NCBI GenBank assembly: GCA_051532055.1
Contig: JAOPTX010000079.1
Span: forward strand, 1 to 42,329
Direction: 5' to 3'
DNA from: Fibrobacterales bacterium
GTDB lineage: Bacteria > Fibrobacterota > Fibrobacteria > Fibrobacterales > JAOPTW01
Length of the DNA: 42,329 nt
The notes below the pieces were generated by a model. It searched no databases. It had not been told where the DNA came from and saw nothing but the letters and a program-made list of their open reading frames with translations. The position numbers and the translations under genes were made by a program. This document shows positions 36,793 through 42,329 of the stretch, piece after piece (position 1 is the stretch's first letter; every line of letters starts with the position of its first letter).

Positions 36793-38619
36793 GTGCATAG
36801 AGCTTTTCGAAATAGAACTATACCTCTTGGTGTCGTGATTTGTTTTATTGTTCTTTTGAGCCTTTTTCAAGGATATAGTGGGCAACTCGATAGCCAAGAG
36901 AGTGAAATATCTGAACAGTATGAGCGGATTATTAAGAATGAAATGCTCAAATACTTTAAAGAAGGAACCTTTATTGTTGATGTAAAGGTGGCCTTAAAAG
37001 AACGACTCGTTCCAAAGAAGTATAAAAGGTTACGCACAGAAGATGAAATAGATAAACTTCCAGGACTTCCAGTACTTCCCGCTGAACTGAGAGCAGAGGT
37101 AAAAAGTAACAACAGTGACAGTGTTAAAGTATCGGATTATGATGCCATTTTCGAGGTTAAATATGCTGATGTAACTATCCTTGTTGATTCCTCATACACC
37201 CTAGATGAGTTTGGATTTATTGTAGACCTCGTGATGATGGTTGCAAATTTAGAAGAGATGCGTGGAGACCGAGTTAATATAAGCCAAAAGAAATTCCCTG
37301 ATGAATTATTACGTTCAGGGCATTTACAAGAAAATATCGATCAAGATGCTTTTTTACCTGCTATTGAAGAACCACTTACTGAGAGAGAACGTATTGTTAA
37401 TAGTGTGATAAAGCTACTCCCTATTATTATAGTGAGCGTCCTACTTTTTCTCTTTTTGGTTATTACACTGGGTATGTTACTTAAATATTATCGTTCTAAA
37501 AATGAATTTGAGAATACTGAAAAATTGACTCAAATGATACAACAAATTAGTGATCAATCTAAAGAGGCTATCATAGGAAATGAGGACGATACAATGGAAG
37601 GCGCAGGCTCTGAGGAACGGGTAATAGAGGATCTTGCCTATAAAACCAATCGAATCTCTATACTCAATTCATTTATTGGTAGACCAGAAAAATCCACTGA
37701 AGTACTCAAGGGTTGGATCGAGAAGAGTGCTGAAGAGGGTTTTAATAAAGCCGCTCTTTTAGTTATGATTATTGATGAGAAAGTACTGGATGTTATTAGA
37801 CCATTTATGGTTCAAGCTACTGTTGCAGGAATTGAACTTGAGCTTAAGGTACTCGAAAAGCCCGATGAAGAAAGTGCTCTTTTTGTGATGGCAGAATTTA
37901 AAGAAGATTACAATAAGCGTATTGCCGATGACCATGAAGATAAGGATAACTATGATATATTTAATTTTCTCAAACAGTTGACCAACGATCAGGTCCTTCA
38001 TGTACTAAAAGGTGAAGAGGAGGGGATTATTGGTATTGCACTTGCGCAACTTACTCCTAAGGTTGCTGGGGAGGTATTACAATCTTATGATGGAGAGAAG
38101 CGGTCTAAGTTATTGATTAGTATGGGTAATATCAGTAATATTCCTGTATCCCTGTATAAAGAAGTAGCTGAGCAGTTATCTACAAAAGCACTTGAAGTAA
38201 GTAATATGCGCTCTGTTGCGGCTGATGGTATCGAGAGTATTATTGAGGTTATAGCAAATTTAAGTGTCGATGGCCAATCACAATATATCCACTCTATCTC
38301 TGAAATGGATTTAGAGCTTGCACAGAAAATTAGACGATTCTATGTTACCTTCGAAGATCTTTCTTCGCTCCCTGATGATATTTTATCCAAGGTTCTTCAA
38401 GAGGTTGACCGTGATGCACTCAGTGTAGCGCTTTTACATACTCAAGAAGATTTTATTAATCATATTTTACAACTCTTCCCTGAAAGGATGCAGGCAATGA
38501 TTCAATCGGGAGTCGAGACAAATAGTGATGCTACCCCAGAAACTATTGATATTTCGCGAAAAGAGATATTGCAAAGAGTTCGGAAAGAACTCAAGCAGTT
38601 AGGAGGGCTTCCACAATGA
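36793..38619 (+). CDS. FliF(C-terminal ring domain)-TM-FliG fusion protein
   Basis: Signal/TM; VTILVD...DLVMMVANL..RGDRVNI (FliF RBM3); TM; RPEKSTEVLKGW (FliF C-tail); KAALLV (FliG-N); IFNFLKQL..IGIALAQL (FliG-M); LAQKIRRFYVTFEDL..ERMQAMI (FliG-C). Confidence 0.85.
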   Translation: MHRAFRNRTIPLGVVICFIVLLSLFQGYSGQLDSQESEISEQYERIIKNEMLKYFKEGTFIVDVKVALKERLVPKKYKRLRTEDEIDKLPGLPVLPAELRAEVKSNNSDSVKVSDYDAIFEVKYADVTILVDSSYTLDEFGFIVDLVMMVANLEEMRGDRVNISQKKFPDELLRSGHLQENIDQDAFLPAIEEPLTERERIVNSVIKLLPIIIVSVLLFLFLVITLGMLLKYYRSKNEFENTEKLTQMIQQISDQSKEAIIGNEDDTMEGAGSEERVIEDLAYKTNRISILNSFIGRPEKSTEVLKGWIEKSAEEGFNKAALLVMIIDEKVLDVIRPFMVQATVAGIELELKVLEKPDEESALFVMAEFKEDYNKRIADDHEDKDNYDIFNFLKQLTNDQVLHVLKGEEEGIIGIALAQLTPKVAGEVLQSYDGEKRSKLLISMGNISNIPVSLYKEVAEQLSTKALEVSNMRSVAADGIESIIEVIANLSVDGQSQYIHSISEMDLELAQKIRRFYVTFEDLSSLPDDILSKVLQEVDRDALSVALLHTQEDFINHILQLFPERMQAMIQSGVETNSDATPETIDISRKEILQRVRKELKQLGGLPQ

Positions 38620-39722
38620 AATGCCTATTGATACTTCTAATGGTTACGGTTTTGGTCAGTGCTAAAAATAAGGTTACTTACCTGAGCCAAGATACAAAAA
38701 GCGAAAAAGAGATAGATGCTGAATACGAGTCCGAGAGTAATACAGGCATGAGTCAGATCTATCATATTATTGATCAGCTAAAAACGTCAGTAGGGGATAT
38801 CCCTCCGTATATTGAACGGATTGCAATTTATCAATTAAAGGTTAAACGCGATGAATTCAACAGTGGGATGGCGCGCTTTATTCGTGGTCACATTGAAGAG
38901 GTTTTTATGCGGAGCGCACGCAAGAAAATGGTAACCGCCCCAGAGCTGAGCAGAGTCCGAATTCTATCAACTGATTCATCTTTTAATATGTCCAGTTCAC
39001 TACCGACAACTGACGAACTCTGGGATTTGGGTGAGAAGCTTAGAATAGACGGTTTCTTAGAGGGCTCTATTACTCGAACTGAAGAGGGTGATGTGATGCT
39101 GAGTCTCAAAATATTTAAACATAAAACCAATGAACAAGTATGGTCGGTTAATCTCGTGGCAGGGCCTAATAAAGTTGAAGACAACTATCTAGATTATGAA
39201 GTTAATGTGAAAGCAAGTTTCAGTTATTGGCCTATAGAAAAATTTACTCAAGACGCTCGGTCATTTACTGAGGAATTAACTCTTTACGGGTACACTTTTG
39301 ACTTTATGATCAGTGAAGCGACGACGGTTGATCGCTTTTTCTACATGGCACTGTATGCAGGGTTTGGCATGTACAACCCAATGTCGGCTAAAGAAAATGA
39401 TGAAACGTTTAATAAGTTATCAAAAAAATTCCCTATCGATCTCGGATTTGAAATGACCGGTATTATCGTTCCAAAACAAAATAAAGATGAGGGCTATTGG
39501 CTTGGTCTAACAACCGGTGTGAAAACTCTCATTTTTGATAATCTATGGTCGGTTAATGCTGGCTTTAAAAGTCGGCTTACTCCTCACTTTGGAATTGGTG
39601 CTGGCGCAAATATCTGGCCGATTAACACTACCTTTGAGCCAAGTTTACTCGACGGTACAAGTAACTATGAACTTAAAATGGAGATGGTGTCGTATGAAGG
39701 TTATTTACACTACTATTTTTAA
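38616..39722 (+). CDS. Secreted protein: CsgG/FlgO/TolB-N-like domain + probable C-terminal OM beta-barrel
   Basis: Signal peptide; RIAIYQL..LGEKLRIDGFLEGSI..LSLKIF..TNEQVWS; amphipathic strands ending YLHYYF; ATGA overlap with the upstream gene. Confidence 0.7.
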   Translation: MKCLLILLMVTVLVSAKNKVTYLSQDTKSEKEIDAEYESESNTGMSQIYHIIDQLKTSVGDIPPYIERIAIYQLKVKRDEFNSGMARFIRGHIEEVFMRSARKKMVTAPELSRVRILSTDSSFNMSSSLPTTDELWDLGEKLRIDGFLEGSITRTEEGDVMLSLKIFKHKTNEQVWSVNLVAGPNKVEDNYLDYEVNVKASFSYWPIEKFTQDARSFTEELTLYGYTFDFMISEATTVDRFFYMALYAGFGMYNPMSAKENDETFNKLSKKFPIDLGFEMTGIIVPKQNKDEGYWLGLTTGVKTLIFDNLWSVNAGFKSRLTPHFGIGAGANIWPINTTFEPSLLDGTSNYELKMEMVSYEGYLHYYF

Positions 39723-40347
39723 CGGGTTCATAGTGGGCTCACTCGTATGCCTTTCGGCATGCTCATCATCATCAAAGGGCACTTCGGGGCGTGGTCAGCC
39801 ACAGCCCAGTGAAGAAAAAGAAAAGAGTGAACAACTTACTATCCGCTATTCGAATCAGTCTACCTCTATCAAAATGCAAGTAGACCCATTTGATGAAGAC
39901 CTCTATATCGATATGAGAGGTGGGTTGCATTCAACACAATCTATATCGGCAAATACCAATAGTATTGATACGGTGTATCAGATATCAAAACAACCCGAGC
40001 AGTCTCAGGGTCAACCTCAAGGAGGGCAGAGACCCATACCAAATTCAGAAGTTCAGAAAAATATGCAAAATATGCAGCCACAGAAAATGAATAACAGTGT
40101 GTTGGCCCATATCCGACGAGCACAAGATTATTTTTATAAAAAGCAGTATGAAGACGCTGTTGAGGCAGTGAATCAATCTTTGCAAATTCAAAAAACTGCT
40201 GAAGGCTATGCACTTATAGGGAGTATATATTACATGATGGATGAAATTCCATGGGCCATAACGCAATGGAGAAATGCCTTGGAGCTTAACCCGGATATGA
40301 TTGAGATTCAAAAAATGCTTGAAAAAATTAAGAGGGACCAAGAATGA
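39694..40347 (+). CDS. TPR-containing lipoprotein
   Basis: Start MKVIYTT at 39694; lipobox LSAC; Q/P-rich linker; AQDYFYKKQYEDA..GSIYYMM..WRNALELNP TPRs. Confidence 0.85.
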   Translation: MKVIYTTIFNGFIVGSLVCLSACSSSSKGTSGRGQPQPSEEKEKSEQLTIRYSNQSTSIKMQVDPFDEDLYIDMRGGLHSTQSISANTNSIDTVYQISKQPEQSQGQPQGGQRPIPNSEVQKNMQNMQPQKMNNSVLAHIRRAQDYFYKKQYEDAVEAVNQSLQIQKTAEGYALIGSIYYMMDEIPWAITQWRNALELNPDMIEIQKMLEKIKRDQE

Positions 40348-41132
40348 AATTATCACTTGATACCTTTGTAGGCTCAATTTTTGGTGTTTCACTTCTCGCT
40401 TGGGGGGTATTGAGTGCAACTAAAGATTGGGAGATGTTTTTGAGTCAACCGAGTGCACTCATTGTTTTTGGAGGTTCAGTTACCGCTGCGTTTATTGGAT
40501 TTAGATGGCGATATCTTAAAGCGGCACTTTTTGATATTCTAACAATTTATGCTCAACAAACAATCAACCCAAAAACTCTGTCTCAAGATGTCAAAATGCT
40601 TATAGAGTGGTCTAAGAAAATAAAAGTAGATGGGAAAAAAGGACTTAAAGAGATCATAGATGGGAGTAACGACAACTTTGTTCAGTACACCCTCTCCCTT
40701 GTGAGCACCGGTTACAAACCAGAAGAGGTTCAAGATATGGCGTCGACCAGTATCGAGGAGCACTACTATAGACGCTTGACTGAAACGAATATTCTTAATA
40801 CCATGGCGTCATCAGCTCCAGCCTTCGGAATGGTTGGTACACTCATCGGACTTATTGTAATGCTCGGTCAGATGGAAGATCCTTCAAAAATGGGTCCAGG
40901 TTTATCAATGGCATTACTTACCACGCTTTACGGAGTACTCGTGGCGCGATTTATATTCCAGCCAACCTCGACAAAAGTAAAACAAAAATTAGGAATAAAT
41001 AGATTTCGAGAGTTTCTTATATTAAATGGAATTCTACTGATTATGGAGAAAAAATCACCATTTTACATTCAAGACAAACTCAATTCATATCTTGATCGCA
41101 AATTTCACGAAGATCACGTAGTCGGTGAATAG
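40344..41132 (+). CDS. motA: MotA/PomA family stator subunit
   Basis: PSALIVFGGS, APAFGMVGTLIGLIVML, GPGLSMALLTTLYGV; 4-TM MotA architecture. Confidence 0.92.
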   Translation: MKLSLDTFVGSIFGVSLLAWGVLSATKDWEMFLSQPSALIVFGGSVTAAFIGFRWRYLKAALFDILTIYAQQTINPKTLSQDVKMLIEWSKKIKVDGKKGLKEIIDGSNDNFVQYTLSLVSTGYKPEEVQDMASTSIEEHYYRRLTETNILNTMASSAPAFGMVGTLIGLIVMLGQMEDPSKMGPGLSMALLTTLYGVLVARFIFQPTSTKVKQKLGINRFREFLILNGILLIMEKKSPFYIQDKLNSYLDRKFHEDHVVGE

Positions 41133-41134
41133 AG

Positions 41135-41806
41135 ATGTCCCTTCAAAAGCATTCAGGTAATAGGCCTCCCGATATTGATGAACCCGATGAAGGGTGGTTG
41201 AGTACCTATGCTGACATGATAACATTGCTCATGGCATTCTTCTTGGTATTGATTTCAATATCAAAAGTAGACGTTGCTCTTTTTGAACAACTCAAACAGG
41301 GGCTGCAAAAAGAAATCGCAAAAAAAGAGAAGGTCGAAACTCCTCTTGCAAAAATAAAACGGGATCTCGACTCCTTATTAATACAGGAACGTTCTCAAAA
41401 AAAGGTTTCTATCGATCTTGGTCGAAAAGGAATTACCATGCAATTTGCAAGTTCAGCTTTTTATGGACCAGGACGTGCGGATATTGGGCGAGAAGCAAAG
41501 CGTATTATTGATAAAGTTGTAGGGGCGATCAACAACATCACTTACTACCCTTTTCAGATAGATATTGAAGGACATACTGATAATGTTCCGATCAATACGT
41601 TACGATTCCCCTCAAACTGGGAGCTTTCAGTAGCACGAGCAACCACTATTGTCAAATACTGCCTCTCTAAAGGTGTGCCCTCTGATAGGCTCAAGGCTGC
41701 AGGATATGCTGATACTAAACCAATTGTACCTAACCAAACAACAACGGGAAAGAATATTGGTAAAAATCAGGCTATGAATCGGCGTATCGTGATTCGGATT
41801 CATTAG
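41135..41806 (+). CDS. motB: MotB/PomB family stator subunit with OmpA-like peptidoglycan-binding domain
   Basis: WLSTYADMITLLMAFF (ion-binding Asp); IEGHTDNVPI..FPSNWELSVARA..GYADTKP..NRRIVI. Confidence 0.93.
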   Translation: MSLQKHSGNRPPDIDEPDEGWLSTYADMITLLMAFFLVLISISKVDVALFEQLKQGLQKEIAKKEKVETPLAKIKRDLDSLLIQERSQKKVSIDLGRKGITMQFASSAFYGPGRADIGREAKRIIDKVVGAINNITYYPFQIDIEGHTDNVPINTLRFPSNWELSVARATTIVKYCLSKGVPSDRLKAAGYADTKPIVPNQTTTGKNIGKNQAMNRRIVIRIH

Positions 41807-41812
41807 ATTTTG

Positions 41813-42329
41813 TTAAGAATTTAAACAAGCCTCGGCAGCTTCTTTCAATGTTTCAGAAAATGTAGGATGTGCATGTACCGTATGAGCAATATCTGAAATC
41901 GTCATTCCTGCTTTCATGATTATACCCGCTTCTGCGATGAGCTCTGATGCAACAGCACCTACAATATGAATTCCGGCAACACTACCATCTTCATGGGCGA
42001 GGATTTTGACAAACCCTTCAATCTCATTTACGGCTCGTGCTCTACCATTTGCACGAAATTGAGCGACTCCTTTTTTGTAAAGTGAGCTTGATTTTTTAAG
42101 AGATTGTTCAGTAAGACCAATGGAGGCAGCTTCAGGGTGAGTATATATCACCCCAGGGATCTCAGGTATCCTAGTGTCGATAGTTTTGCCAGCTATATGC
42201 TGAGCAACAAGTATTCCTTCGTATTCGGCCTTATGAGCGAGCATCATACCAGGGGCAACATCACCAATTGCATATATATGTTTTTGAGATGTCTCAAAAT
42301 GAGGAGAGACAGTAATTTGACCGCGATCA
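41813..42329 (-). CDS. lpdA: Dihydrolipoyl dehydrogenase (3' part; start outside the window)
   Basis: IYAIGDVAPGMMLAHKAEYEG, IPGVIYTHPE, HAHPTFSE; the frame stays open to the window end. Confidence 0.93.
   Translation of the reverse strand, partial: DRGQITVSPHFETSQKHIYAIGDVAPGMMLAHKAEYEGILVAQHIAGKTIDTRIPEIPGVIYTHPEAASIGLTEQSLKKSSSLYKKGVAQFRANGRARAVNEIEGFVKILAHEDGSVAGIHIVGAVASELIAEAGIIMKAGMTISDIAHTVHAHPTFSETLKEAAEACLNS

Noticed and set aside
40344..41806. ExbBD/TolQR or ZorAB defence system
   Set aside because: MotB has the W..TYAD motif plus an OmpA-like domain, MotA lacks the long ZorA tail, and the neighbours are FliF/FliG-like rather than zorC/D/E or tonB.

Overview
AT-rich bacterial chromosomal window. 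A Fibrobacterota-like origin is a tentative inference from the fibro-slime domain protein, the many PEGA/TPR/PKD envelope proteins and the plant-type DapB. Housekeeping genes are dnaK (partial), grpE, mnmG, queE, ssrA (tmRNA), dapB, trpS and lpdA (partial). They are interspersed with c-di-GMP enzymes (HD-GYP, HAMP-GGDEF), large repeat-rich surface lipoproteins and a ROK kinase + GH35/42-like glycosidase pair. Main novelty candidates: (1) a five-gene operon at 36793-41806 encoding a natural FliF(C-half)-FliG fusion, a putative outer-membrane protein, a TPR lipoprotein and MotA/MotB, with no export, rod, hook or switch genes, i.e. a possible non-flagellar rotary motor; (2) a cryptic ~21-bp-periodic non-coding array of ~22 units (26818-27280) upstream of an uncharacterised helical protein; (3) direct and inverted copies of the tmRNA 3' end downstream of ssrA; (4) a sigma-54 promoter with candidate enhancer sites upstream of grpE-dnaK. 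All family assignments come from motif recognition by eye; no searches were run.
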